A program made the translations under genes and the position numbers. From Candidatus Eiseniibacteriota bacterium (GTDB taxonomy: Bacteria > Desulfobacterota > Binatia > DP-6): a stretch of 64,000 nucleotides of DNA. The DNA lies in the NCBI GenBank assembly GCA_035577985.1, contig DATJZY010000025.1, forward strand, positions 66,229-130,228. Reading direction: 5' to 3'. The notes beneath the pieces are model-generated. The model made no database searches. It was not told where the DNA came from and saw only the letters and a list, made by a program, of their open reading frames with translations. Positions 30,185 to 40,467 of the stretch are shown one piece after another; the first letter of the stretch is position 1; each line of letters starts with the position of its first letter.

Positions 30185-32463
30185 CGAGGGGCGCGACCGC
30201 ACGCGCCGTCGTCGTCGACTGCGCGGCGTACGTCGCGATCTTCGGGGTCCTCGCGGCGCCGTGGCTCGCCCGCGCCGCGACGGCGCTGCCGAGCGACATC
30301 GCGTCGCGCGACGCGTGGTTGATCCTCTGGGTGCTCGACTGGGGCACCCACGCGCTCGCGACGTCGCCCGCCAAGCTCTTCGACCCACCCGTCAACTATC
30401 CGGCCCTGGCGCAGCTCGCCGGCTCCGAGCACTTCCTCGCGTGGCAGATCCTCTTCGCGCCGCTGCGCGTGCTCACGGGTAGCGCCTTCGTCGCGGCGAA
30501 TCTCACCGCGTGGGTGTCGTATCCCCTCGCCGCGCTCGCCATGGAGCGCTGCCTCGTCGGCTTCGGCGTCGCGCGTGCGCCCGCGTTCGCGCTGGGCTTC
30601 GTCTACGGCGTCGGATGGGGCTCCATGGGGACGCTCCACGTACTGCAGTACTCGCACGTGTGCCTGCCGCTCGTCGTCCTGGCGCTCCACGCCCTGCGCC
30701 GGCGCCCCGATCCCCCTCGCACGCTGGCCGTGTTCGGCGCGGTCGGGTTCGCCCTGTTCTCCTCGTACCACATGGCCGTCTACGTGGGGCTCGTCGCGCC
30801 CGTGTGGACCGCCGCCGAGCTCCTCCGACCGGGCCCCGGGCGCTGGCGGTTCGCCGCGCTCGCGGCCGGCGCGGGTCTCGCGGCGCTCGCGCTCCTGTTG
30901 TGGGTGTCGGGCCCCTATCTCACGCGACCCGAGACGGCGGGCGACACGGAGCTGGTGGAGAGCGAGGCGGGCACGGCGCATCTCGCGGGGGCGCCGCCGC
31001 TGCTCGTGCGGGAGTCGTCCTCGGTGCCCGAGCTCGTCGCGAGCATCGCGGGTTGCGTCGCCGGTGCGGGCCATCTCCACCCGTGCATGCGGGCGGTCGG
31101 CGAGGCGCCGTTCGCCTGGCACCTCGCGCTGCCAAACCTCGTCCTGGGCTCGCTCGCGCTGGTCGGGATCGTGAGCGCGTTCGTGGCCCGCCGCCGTCGT
31201 CTCGAGGTCGTGGCGGCGCTCGCCGTCGCGTGCCTCGGTGCGCTCGCCGTCGAACCGCTCGCGGTCCACGTGCTCGGCTTCGACGTTCCGCTGCTCGCCA
31301 CCTGGCTCACGTGGACACCGGCGCGCTTCATCCGCGCGTCGTACCGCGCGCTCGTCATGACGTTCTTCGGCACGTCACTGGTCGCGGGAATCGGGCTCGA
31401 CGCGGCATGGTCGCGGCTCGGCGCGCGGCGCGCCGCCGTACCGGCGCTGATCGTGTGCCTGCTCGTCGCCGTGCGGCTCGCGCCGCTGCCACCCGGCGCC
31501 GCGGCCGAACGCCGGCTCGACGGCGTGACCCGCTGGTCGCGCCTGGCACCGGCGAAGTACCTGACCACGCCCGCGCTCGACCGCGACGCGGACGCGTATC
31601 GCGCGGTCGCGGCGTTCGTCGCGCGCGAAGGGTCCGGGCCTCTTCTCGAATGGCCGAGCGGCATCGGAGATCCGGCAGCCACGGTCGCACAGATGATCCA
31701 TCGCCAACCGAGCATCCGGTTCTTCACGGGCTACGTGCCGCTGCACCTCCTGCTCGTCGAGAGCTTGATCGGGCGCCTCCCGGATACGGACGCGCTCGAC
31801 GACCTGGTCGACATGACCGGGCTGCGGTGGATCCTCGTCCGCCCGCCGTATCAGTGGCGCCAGCCCGCGCGGTACGCCGCCGATCTCGATCGGCTGGTGC
31901 ACAGCCCGCGCGTGCGCCGCTCCCTCCTCATGGACCCGTTCATCCTGGTCGAGCTCGATCCCAGCTCGCGACACCCGGCCTGGTTCCGGGCCGTCGCGAG
32001 CGGCGTGGAGCGCGACCATACGGTCCTCGGTACCCCGGTCGTCATGGTACGAAGCGGTCGCGCGGGGGTCGTCGCCGGGGCGCGCGGCACGGTGTCCGTC
32101 GGGCGGCGGCTCCCGGTCACCGTCGAGGTCACGAACCGCGGCAGTGCCGGGTGGCCGGCGGCGCTGCCGGGGCGACCCGTCGACGGCGTGCTCACCGTGC
32201 GCCTGTTCGCGCGCTGGGTCGGGGCCGACGGTCACAGCGAGGACCTGCCGGCCGAGCGCCTGCGGCGAGACGTGCCCGCGGGCGAGACCCTGCGCCAGAC
32301 AGTGATGCTGCCGGCGCCGCGCGAGCCCGGCAGCTATCGGCTCGAGGTCGGCGTCGAGCAGGTGGGCGGCGCCGACCTGTCGTCGCCGCAGAATCCGATC
32401 AGCATCCCCGTCGAGGTCGAGGCCCGCCGCGACGGCGCTGGTGCGAGCGACGAGCCGGGCTAG
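30181..32463 (+). CDS. Polytopic membrane protein, tandem paralog of 28100..30184 (GT-C-like)
   Basis: GTG 30181 overlapping the upstream TGA (GTGA); similar hydrophobic architecture; part of track ORF 28555..32463, whose 5' portion is an out-of-gene extension. Confidence 0.45.
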   Translation: MTRGATARAVVVDCAAYVAIFGVLAAPWLARAATALPSDIASRDAWLILWVLDWGTHALATSPAKLFDPPVNYPALAQLAGSEHFLAWQILFAPLRVLTGSAFVAANLTAWVSYPLAALAMERCLVGFGVARAPAFALGFVYGVGWGSMGTLHVLQYSHVCLPLVVLALHALRRRPDPPRTLAVFGAVGFALFSSYHMAVYVGLVAPVWTAAELLRPGPGRWRFAALAAGAGLAALALLLWVSGPYLTRPETAGDTELVESEAGTAHLAGAPPLLVRESSSVPELVASIAGCVAGAGHLHPCMRAVGEAPFAWHLALPNLVLGSLALVGIVSAFVARRRRLEVVAALAVACLGALAVEPLAVHVLGFDVPLLATWLTWTPARFIRASYRALVMTFFGTSLVAGIGLDAAWSRLGARRAAVPALIVCLLVAVRLAPLPPGAAAERRLDGVTRWSRLAPAKYLTTPALDRDADAYRAVAAFVAREGSGPLLEWPSGIGDPAATVAQMIHRQPSIRFFTGYVPLHLLLVESLIGRLPDTDALDDLVDMTGLRWILVRPPYQWRQPARYAADLDRLVHSPRVRRSLLMDPFILVELDPSSRHPAWFRAVASGVERDHTVLGTPVVMVRSGRAGVVAGARGTVSVGRRLPVTVEVTNRGSAGWPAALPGRPVDGVLTVRLFARWVGADGHSEDLPAERLRRDVPAGETLRQTVMLPAPREPGSYRLEVGVEQVGGADLSSPQNPISIPVEVEARRDGAGASDEPG

Positions 32464-32701
32464 AGGAGACCGACCCAAGACTCCGTCTTGGGTCGGGGAG
32501 GACGCGAGTGTGGCGTCCGGGCACGCGCGACCGGCATGCCGCGGCCAGCCAAGCTGGCGCGGCAGACGAAATACGCGCGTTGCGGCGCGACGACGGCTTA
32601 CGGTCGATGGGAACGATGCTCTCGCGCGCTGCGAGGGTGCCGCCGCCTTCGCCGGCCGCGGCATGCCGGTCGCCCGTACCACGAGCGCATCATTCTCGCC
32701 C

Positions 32702-33655
32702 CTAGGCCCGCTGGCCGCGGATCTCCCGCCACCCCTCCGCGCGGAACACGCGGGCGCGATATTCCGTCGGTGTCAGCGCCGCCAGCTCGCGGAAGTCGCG
32801 ATGGAGATGCGACTGGTCGTAATAGCCGCACTCCTGCGCGACCTCGGAGAGCTCGACGGTTGCCGGATCGGCGAGGCGTCCGAGCGCGCGCTCGAAGCGC
32901 AGGATCCGCATCATGCCCTTCGGCGAGAGGCCGATCTCGCGGTGGAAGAGGTCACCCAGATAGCGCGACGACACGCCGAGGTCGCGGGCGAGCGACTCGA
33001 CGCGCACCGTGCCGGAGCTGGCGCGCATGCGGTCGACGGCGGCGCGCGTCAGCGGATGGGCCGCGGGTCCGCGCAGGAGGCGCGTCGTGAGCCAACCCTC
33101 GAGGAGATCGAGCGCGACGCCGAGGTCCGGCGCCGCGAGCATGCGCTGGCGCAGCGGCTCGACCCCGGCGGGGGCGCCGAGGACCGACTCCAGGTCCGTC
33201 GTGTCGTTCGCGAGGTCCTGCTGCGGGAGCCCGCCGAAGAGCGCCCAGGCGCCGAGCGGCCGGAGCTGCGCCGCGATCGCGCGCGGGTGGCGGAGCACCG
33301 ATTCCCATCCGACGGGGCGCTCCTGCAGGCCGGAGATCCACGCGGTGCGATACAAGCGGCCGCGCGCTTCGCGATCGTCGAGCAGATGCTGCGGCGTGCC
33401 GAGGTTGAACATGAGCGTCAGCTCGCCGTTCGGCAGCGCGCGATGCAGGGCGTAGGTCTCGTCGGCGTCGCCGCCCCATAGCTTCGCGACGTAACCCGAG
33501 ACCGCCGGCGGCGGGTCGCGGAGCCACAGCTCCCACGCGACTTCGCCCGGCCGCTGGCGCCGCACCCGCGTGCGCGGGTGCGGCGCGAGCAGCTCCGGCA
33601 GCGGATTCCCGGATCGGTCGAGACCGACGTAGTCGCGAAGGGGGCTCGCCCCCAT
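32702..33655 (-). CDS. AraC-family transcriptional regulator
   Basis: C-terminal HTH_18 (LARDLGVSSRYLGDLFHREIGLSPKGMMRILRFERAL...ECGYYDQSHLHRDFRELAALTPTEYR). Confidence 0.85.
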   Translation of the reverse strand: MGASPLRDYVGLDRSGNPLPELLAPHPRTRVRRQRPGEVAWELWLRDPPPAVSGYVAKLWGGDADETYALHRALPNGELTLMFNLGTPQHLLDDREARGRLYRTAWISGLQERPVGWESVLRHPRAIAAQLRPLGAWALFGGLPQQDLANDTTDLESVLGAPAGVEPLRQRMLAAPDLGVALDLLEGWLTTRLLRGPAAHPLTRAAVDRMRASSGTVRVESLARDLGVSSRYLGDLFHREIGLSPKGMMRILRFERALGRLADPATVELSEVAQECGYYDQSHLHRDFRELAALTPTEYRARVFRAEGWREIRGQRA

Positions 33656-33701
33656 GCAGAGCCCATACCACGGACGCGGGCGCGACGTTCAAGAGCGCAG
33701 G

Positions 33702-34421
33702 TCAGCGCTCGGCGGCGTAGGACTTGCTGCGTTCGACCAGGGCGCGAAAGACGCCTACCGACGCGTCGTCGGTCTCCCAGTCGAGCTCGGGGTGCCACTG
33801 CACACCGACCACGAACGCATGCCGTTCGGACTCGACCGCCTCGACGAGCCCGTCCTCGGCCCACGCGACGGCCCGCAGCCCGTCGCCGAGCCGTCCCACC
33901 GCCTGATGGTGCACCGACTGCACCGTCACCATCGGCCGGCCGTACATCGTGGCGAGGCGGCTCTCCGGCGCGATCCGTACGTCGTGCGGGACCGGCTGCA
34001 CGTCGGGCGAGCGGTGCACGACCTTGGAGCCGTAGACGTCGGGGACGTGGGCGATGAGGTCGCCGCCGAGCGCGACGTTCAGGATCTGCATGCCGCGGCA
34101 GACGCAGACGATCGGCAGATCGCGCCGCTCGAGCGCCGAGCGGGCCAGGACGAGCTCGAAGTGGTCGCGCTCGTGGCAGATGCCGTAGTTGGCCTCGTGC
34201 TCGTCGCCGCCGTACTGCTCGGGGTTGATGTCGCCGCCGCCGGGCAGGATCAAGCCGGAGACGACGTCGAGCGCCTCGGAGACCGGGCCCAGGATGGGCG
34301 GCAGCACGACCGGAACGCCGCCCGCCTTGCGAACCGCGTCGACGTACTCGCAGGGGACCGAGAACGAGAGCCGCTGTCCGCCCCGCGCGTAGCTCGAGAT
34401 GCCGATGAGTGGTCGCACCAC
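33702..34421 (-). CDS. Class I glutamine amidotransferase-like, PuuD/peptidase C26 family (gamma-glutamyl-GABA hydrolase-like)
   Basis: IGISSY...; nucleophile elbow VCRGMQ; catalytic His region VQWHPE. Confidence 0.8.
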   Translation of the reverse strand: MVRPLIGISSYARGGQRLSFSVPCEYVDAVRKAGGVPVVLPPILGPVSEALDVVSGLILPGGGDINPEQYGGDEHEANYGICHERDHFELVLARSALERRDLPIVCVCRGMQILNVALGGDLIAHVPDVYGSKVVHRSPDVQPVPHDVRIAPESRLATMYGRPMVTVQSVHHQAVGRLGDGLRAVAWAEDGLVEAVESERHAFVVGVQWHPELDWETDDASVGVFRALVERSKSYAAER

Positions 34422-34446
34422 CCCTAGAGTAACGGCCGACCCTGCG

Positions 34447-35328
34447 ATGTTCCAGCATTGGGGGCCCTATGGTAGTCCCGCGCACATGTTTCCGCGTCAG
34501 GTCCCCTTCATCCCGGTGCGCTCGGCCACCCACGAGCTCACGACCGACGTCGTCTACGCCGAGGTCGCCGGTGTTCCGCTGCGTTACGACCACTACCGGC
34601 CGCTCGGGGTTGCGGGGCCGCGGCCGGTCGTCGTGGTCGTGCACGGCGGGGGATGGACGGGGGGCGACCCGAGTCAGGCCGGCGGCAACGCCCTTCATTT
34701 CGCGCGGCGCGGGATCGCGACCGTGTCGATCTCCTACCGATTGGCCCCGGCGCATCGCTTCCCGGCCCCGCTCGACGACGTCCGGCGCGGGCTGCGCCAC
34801 GTGAGGGCGCACGCGGCGGAGTTCGGCATCGACCCCGACCGGATGGTCCTGCTCGGTCTCTCGGCCGGCGCACACCTGGTGATGATGGCGCACGTCGCGC
34901 GCGAGCTGCGGCCGCTCGATCCGGATCTGCCCGCCGAGCTCGCCAGCGTGCCGGAAGACGTGCGCGGCGTCATCGCGCACTACGGCCCCTACGACCTCGC
35001 GCGCCGCAGGCCGATCGAGGGATGGGATCCGATCGCGGACCTGCTGGGCCCGCGTGTCGCCGATCCCGAATGGGTGCGCCTGGCGTCGCCCGTGCAACAC
35101 GCCGCAGCGGCCAGCGCGCCCGTGTTCCTGGTCCACGGCACCGCCGACACGGTCGTCTCGCATCGCGAATCCGTCCGCATGCACGAGGCGCTCGAGCAGG
35201 CCGGACGGACGAGCGAGCTCCTGATCCTCGAGGACGCACCGCACGCCTTCCAGGTCGACTGGCGCGGCGAAGCGAATCAGCGCGCGAACGCCGCCATGGA
35301 CGCGTTCCTCGACCGGGTGCTCGCCTGA
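34447..35328 (+). CDS. Alpha/beta hydrolase (esterase/lipase, HGGG-type)
   Basis: VVVVHGGGWTGG oxyanion motif; nucleophile GLSAGAHL; catalytic His near HAF; alternative start 34486. Confidence 0.75.
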   Translation: MFQHWGPYGSPAHMFPRQVPFIPVRSATHELTTDVVYAEVAGVPLRYDHYRPLGVAGPRPVVVVVHGGGWTGGDPSQAGGNALHFARRGIATVSISYRLAPAHRFPAPLDDVRRGLRHVRAHAAEFGIDPDRMVLLGLSAGAHLVMMAHVARELRPLDPDLPAELASVPEDVRGVIAHYGPYDLARRRPIEGWDPIADLLGPRVADPEWVRLASPVQHAAAASAPVFLVHGTADTVVSHRESVRMHEALEQAGRTSELLILEDAPHAFQVDWRGEANQRANAAMDAFLDRVLA

Positions 35329-36575
35329 TGGGAGCGGAGGCGGGTCGCTACCGCGAGACGCAGGCGCTGTTCGCGCGCGCCGAGCGCGTCGTGCCGGGCG
35401 GCATCTACGGCCATCAGTCGCCCCTCACGCTCGTTCCCGGCGCCTATCCGTACTTCTTCGCGCGCGGCGCGGGGGCCCGGCTGTGGGACGTCGACGGCAA
35501 CGAGTATCTGGACCTCATGTGCGGCTACGGACCGATCGTGCTCGGGCACAACCACCCCAAGGTGGACGAGGCGGCGAGCCACGAGGCCGCGAACGGCCGT
35601 TGCTACAACGGCCCCGGCCGTCCGTTCGTCGAGCTCGCGGAGCGGCTGGTCGGCCTCACCCCGTGGGCCGCGTGGACGGTGTTCGCGAAGAACGGCTCCG
35701 ACGTGTGCACGTGGGCCACAGAGGTGGCGCGCGAGGCGACCGGCAAGCGCAAGATCCTGGCCGCCAAGGGCGCGTACCACGGCGCGCACGCCTGGTGCAC
35801 GCCGCTGCCCGGCGGCACGACGTCCGAGGACCGCGCGCACGTGGAGTCGTATCGCTACAACGACCTCGCGAGCGTCGACCACGCGCTCGGCGTGGCCGCG
35901 GGCGACGTCGCCGGCATCATCGTGAGCCCGTTTCGTCACGATGCCTTCCACGACCAGGAGATGCCGGCGCCGGGTTTTCTCGCCGGGCTCCGCGACCGGT
36001 GCGACACGCTCGGCGCAGTGCTGATCCTCGACGACGTCCGGGCCGGCTTCCGGCTCTCGCTCGCCGGATCGGGCGCCGCCTTCGGCGTCGAGCCCGACCT
36101 CACGTGCTACTGCAAGGCGCTGGGCAACGGGTATCCCATTTCGGCAGCGCTCGGGCGGGAGCACCTGCGGCAGGCCGCGACGCGCGTCTTCTTCACGGGC
36201 TCGTATTGGACGGGTCCGGTCGAGATGGCGGCCGCCCTCGCCTGCATCGACGAGCTGGAGGCGAGCGACGCCATCGCGCGGATGAAGCGTGCGGGCACGC
36301 GCCTGCGCGACGGCGTGGTGGCACAGGGCAAGGCGTACGGGCTCGAGGTCAACTGGACCGGTCCACCCGCGCTGCCGTTCATGACGTTTCTCGCCGACGA
36401 GGGCGGCTTCGCGCGCAGTCGCCTCTTCGCCGCCGCCTGCGTCGTGCGCGGCGTCTATCTGCACCCGTACCACAACTGGTTCGTCTGCGCCGCGCTCGGC
36501 GACCCGGACGTGGAGCGCATCCTCGACGTGACCGACGCCGCGTTCGCGGAGGTCGCGCGGTCGCCGGAACCCTAG
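35328..36575 (+). CDS. Class-III (PLP fold type I) aminotransferase, glutamate-1-semialdehyde aminomutase-like
   Basis: ATG overlapping the upstream TGA (TGATG); ...GYGPIVLGHNHP..., DDVRAGFR, PLP-lysine context CYCKALGNGYPISAA. Confidence 0.75.
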   Translation: MGAEAGRYRETQALFARAERVVPGGIYGHQSPLTLVPGAYPYFFARGAGARLWDVDGNEYLDLMCGYGPIVLGHNHPKVDEAASHEAANGRCYNGPGRPFVELAERLVGLTPWAAWTVFAKNGSDVCTWATEVAREATGKRKILAAKGAYHGAHAWCTPLPGGTTSEDRAHVESYRYNDLASVDHALGVAAGDVAGIIVSPFRHDAFHDQEMPAPGFLAGLRDRCDTLGAVLILDDVRAGFRLSLAGSGAAFGVEPDLTCYCKALGNGYPISAALGREHLRQAATRVFFTGSYWTGPVEMAAALACIDELEASDAIARMKRAGTRLRDGVVAQGKAYGLEVNWTGPPALPFMTFLADEGGFARSRLFAAACVVRGVYLHPYHNWFVCAALGDPDVERILDVTDAAFAEVARSPEP

Positions 36576-36582
36576 AGACGAC

Positions 36583-38265
36583 ATGTACGAGACGTTCTTC
36601 GGTCTCGGCGACGCGCCGTTCCGGCTGACGCCCGACCCGCGCTACCTCTTCCTGTCGAAGAAGCACGAGGACGCCCTCGCGCACCTTCGCCTCGGCCTCA
36701 CCGAGAGCGGCTTCGTCTGCATCACCGGCGACGTCGGCACCGGGAAGACGACGCTCCTGCGTCACTTCCTCGCGAACCTCGGGCCCGACGTCTCGACCGC
36801 GTACGTCTTCAATCCGTCCCTGTCGGCGCTCGAGCTGCTGCAGACGATCAACGCCGAGTTCGGCCTGCCCGCGTCGAACACGAGCAAGAAGGCCCTCACC
36901 GACCTGCTGAACGCGCATCTGCTCAAGCTGCGCCAGGAAGCCCGGCGCGCCGTCGTCATCATCGACGAGGCCCAGGCCCTCGACATCGACGTGCTGGAGC
37001 AGCTCCGGCTGCTCTCGAATCTCGAGACGCCGACCGAGAAGCTCCTGCGCATCATCCTGGTCGGGCAGCCACAGCTCCGCGGCCTGCTGCAGCATCCCGA
37101 GCTGGTGCAGTTGAACCAGCGCATCACGCTGCGCTGGCACATCGGCCCCCTCTCGGCGGCGGAGACCAGCGCCTACGTGCGCCATCGCCTCTCGGTGGCG
37201 AGCCACGCCAAGGCGCGCGATCTCTTCACCCGCCGCGCGCTGGCACTCGTCCATCGCTACTCGGGCGGCGTGCCGCGTCTCACCAACATGCTCGCGCATC
37301 GCGCACTGCTCGCCGCGTTCGCCGCCGAGCGCCAGCGCGTCACGGCGCGCGACGTGCGCAAGGCGTACCGCGAGGTGTCGACGGTGCCGCTGCCGGGGGC
37401 GCGGCGTCGCTCGTGGCTCGTCCCGGCGATCGTGACCGCGACCGCCGCCGGAGCGCTCATCGCCATCGGCGCCCGCCGGCTCGCGCCGCCGCCCGAGTCG
37501 CCGGCCCCGACCGTGACCGCGCCGAGCACGGGTCCGCTGCTCGCGAACATCACCGCAGACACGCCCCAGCCTGGCGAGAACCTGGCGGCGATGACGACGA
37601 CGTCGACCACGGTGCCGGCGCCCTCGCCCGAGCAGCGGCTCACGGCCATGGACGGCGCCGCGACCCTCCACGGCGCGCTCGGCGCCATCGCGCGCGCCTG
37701 GCAGAAGCCCGGACCGGCCGACGACGACCGGCAGGAAGCCGACCTCGCGCGCTTCGCCGAACGGCGCGGCCTCGAGGACCTGGCGATCACCGGCAACCTC
37801 GCCATGCTGCGCCTCATCGACGTGCCCGCCGTGCTCGAGCTTCGCTTCCCCGGCGCTCCGGACCCGCGCTGGGCGGCGCTGGTCGCGCTCGAGCCCGACC
37901 GTGCCACGCTCGCCGTGGACGGCGAGCCGGTGGTCGTCGAGCCTGCCTTCCTCGAGCGCTACTGGTACGGCCGCGCCCACGTGTTCTCGCCCGACTTCGA
38001 AGGGCTGGGGCCGGGTGCGATCGCGGTCGACGCGCGCGGCGCCCGCGTCATCCGGCTCCAGGCCCTGCTCGGGCGTACCGGCCTCTACGACGGCGGCGAG
38101 ACGGGTTTGTTCGGCCCGACGACGCGCACGGCGGTCACGGCCTTCCAGCGCTCGCGGTACATCGAGCCCGACGGACAGGTCGGGAAGCTGACGCGCATGG
38201 TGCTCTACGCCGCCGTCGGCGGCTACCACCGCCCGACGCTCGTCGGCGGCGGGAGCACTTCGTGA
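36583..38265 (+). CDS. gspA: ExeA/GspA-like AAA ATPase with C-terminal peptidoglycan-binding domain
   Basis: N-terminus FFGLGDAPFRLTPDPRYLFLSKKHEDALAHL, Walker A GDVGTGKTTL, Walker B VVIIDEAQ; C-terminal PG_binding_1-like repeat (LQALLGRTGLYDGGETGLFGPTTRTAVTAFQ). Confidence 0.75.
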   Translation: MYETFFGLGDAPFRLTPDPRYLFLSKKHEDALAHLRLGLTESGFVCITGDVGTGKTTLLRHFLANLGPDVSTAYVFNPSLSALELLQTINAEFGLPASNTSKKALTDLLNAHLLKLRQEARRAVVIIDEAQALDIDVLEQLRLLSNLETPTEKLLRIILVGQPQLRGLLQHPELVQLNQRITLRWHIGPLSAAETSAYVRHRLSVASHAKARDLFTRRALALVHRYSGGVPRLTNMLAHRALLAAFAAERQRVTARDVRKAYREVSTVPLPGARRRSWLVPAIVTATAAGALIAIGARRLAPPPESPAPTVTAPSTGPLLANITADTPQPGENLAAMTTTSTTVPAPSPEQRLTAMDGAATLHGALGAIARAWQKPGPADDDRQEADLARFAERRGLEDLAITGNLAMLRLIDVPAVLELRFPGAPDPRWAALVALEPDRATLAVDGEPVVVEPAFLERYWYGRAHVFSPDFEGLGPGAIAVDARGARVIRLQALLGRTGLYDGGETGLFGPTTRTAVTAFQRSRYIEPDGQVGKLTRMVLYAAVGGYHRPTLVGGGSTS

Positions 38266-39209
38266 GCTCGATCCTCGACGCGCTCGAGAAGCTCGAGGCG
38301 ACGGGCGGGCCGCAGCCGCCCGGTGGCGGCGGAGGCGGCGACCCCGGGCGCCGGCCGCCGTGGCTGATCGCCGTCCTCGTCGTCGCGGCGATCGCTGCAG
38401 GCGCCGGCACGACGATGCTCATCCGCAGCCGGGCGGCGGCACCTCCCCAGCCGGAAGCGGTCGTCGCAGCCGTGGCCTCGACGACGATGCCCGTACCGAC
38501 GACGATGGCGGCGCCGACGACCGTCGCGCCTCCGACGACGATCGCGCCCCCCACGACGGTCGCGGTGCCGACGACGCTCGCGGAGACGACCACGCTCGCG
38601 GTGACGACGACGCTCGCCGTCACGACCACGGTCGCCGCGGCGACGACGACGCTCGTGGCCACCACGACGACCGTCGTCTCGACCACGGAGCCGGCGGCGA
38701 CGACGACCAGCAGCACGTCGCCGGCAGCGCAGGCGCCGCCGCCCACGACGGCCCCGGTCGCCGCGGCGCCTCCCGCGCCCGCGCCAGCTCCTCCCGTGCC
38801 CGCGCCGACCGGCGACGCGCACGACCGTCCGTTTGCCGCAACGCAGGAGGCGGCGCCCGGAGCGACGCCGACGACGACCGTGCCCGCCACCGTCGCGCGT
38901 CCGGCGCCCACCACGCCCACGACGCTCGCGGCGGCGCCCCCGCCTCCCGCACCCGCTCCGCCGCCCGCCGAGCCGCCCCCTCCGGTGCGCACGCGGCCGC
39001 CCACCGGTGCGCCGCGCCTGCGCGTCAGCTTCCTCGTCTACTCGACGACGCCCGCGCGCCGCACCGTCGCGCTCACGATCGGCGACGCGGGGCTGACGAC
39101 GCTGCGCGAGGGCGAGGAGGCCCAGGGCATCCAGGTGATCCGCATCCACCCCGACCGCGTCGAGCTGAAATGGCAGGGGGAGCCGTTCACGCTCGAGATT
39201 CGCGGCTGA
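38262..39209 (+). CDS. gspB: GspB/ExeB-like protein with Thr/Pro/Ala-rich low-complexity periplasmic region
   Basis: GTG overlapping gspA stop (GTGA); N-terminal SSILDALEKLE resembles the GspB N-terminus; single TM; about 200 aa of PTTxAx repeats. Confidence 0.5.
   Translation: MSSILDALEKLEATGGPQPPGGGGGGDPGRRPPWLIAVLVVAAIAAGAGTTMLIRSRAAAPPQPEAVVAAVASTTMPVPTTMAAPTTVAPPTTIAPPTTVAVPTTLAETTTLAVTTTLAVTTTVAAATTTLVATTTTVVSTTEPAATTTSSTSPAAQAPPPTTAPVAAAPPAPAPAPPVPAPTGDAHDRPFAATQEAAPGATPTTTVPATVARPAPTTPTTLAAAPPPPAPAPPPAEPPPPVRTRPPTGAPRLRVSFLVYSTTPARRTVALTIGDAGLTTLREGEEAQGIQVIRIHPDRVELKWQGEPFTLEIRG
38497..38660 (+). repeat. Intragenic tandem 18-bp (6-codon) repeat, about 9 copies, encoding PTT[VIL]A[PV]
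   Basis: CCGACGACGATGGCGGCG / CCGACGACCGTCGCGCCT / CCGACGACGATCGCGCCC ... read directly. Confidence 0.7.
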
Positions 39210-39212
39210 GCG

Positions 39213-39659
39213 CTACTGCTCCGCGTTCCAGTCGAACATCCGCTGCCGTCGCGCCTCGCGGAAGTTCGTGATCTCGAGGCGCACACCGTCGGGGTCGGTG
39301 AAGAAGGTGGCGTAGTAGTCGGCGGCGTACTCAGGATAGTAGCGCGGCGGCGTCGCGCCGACGCCTTCGTTCCCGAGCTCCCGCGCCGCCCGATCGACGG
39401 CGACCTGATCGTGGACGCGGAAGCAGAAGTGGTGCAGCCCCGGCGCGTAGGGATCGTGGTCGGGCGTGCCGGGGCGCGCGGGACGCAGCGAGAAGCCGAA
39501 CTGCCGGTTGTAGTAGTGGACGTGGGGGTCGCCGCCGATGGGCGCGCGCACCTTCCGATAGCCGAGCACGCGCATGACGCGATCGTAGAAGGCCTCGGAG
39601 CGCGCGAGGTCGCGCACCGTGACGTAGACGTGATCGATGCCGATGACCTCGACCGGCAT
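39213..39659 (-). CDS. VOC family protein (glyoxalase/dioxygenase fold)
   Basis: 148 aa; IDHVYVTVRDLARSEAFY...GLHHFCFRV; C-terminal section of the fused track ORF 39213..40451. Confidence 0.6.
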   Translation of the reverse strand: MPVEVIGIDHVYVTVRDLARSEAFYDRVMRVLGYRKVRAPIGGDPHVHYYNRQFGFSLRPARPGTPDHDPYAPGLHHFCFRVHDQVAVDRAARELGNEGVGATPPRYYPEYAADYYATFFTDPDGVRLEITNFREARRQRMFDWNAEQ

Positions 39660-39664
39660 GCGCG

Positions 39665-40435
<771 letters not shown>

Positions 40436-40467
40436 CGGCAGGTGATCGCACCGCGGCGGCTCGTGGG

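Noticed and set aside
27743-30388. 881-aa minus-strand ORF
   Set aside because: It is an Arg/Gly-rich antisense shadow of the GT-C-like membrane protein genes.
38400-39000. Possible CRISPR-like or mobile repeat array
   Set aside because: The repeats are 18-bp in-frame codon repeats inside the GspB-like CDS (encoding PTTxAx). There are no spacers and no cas genes.
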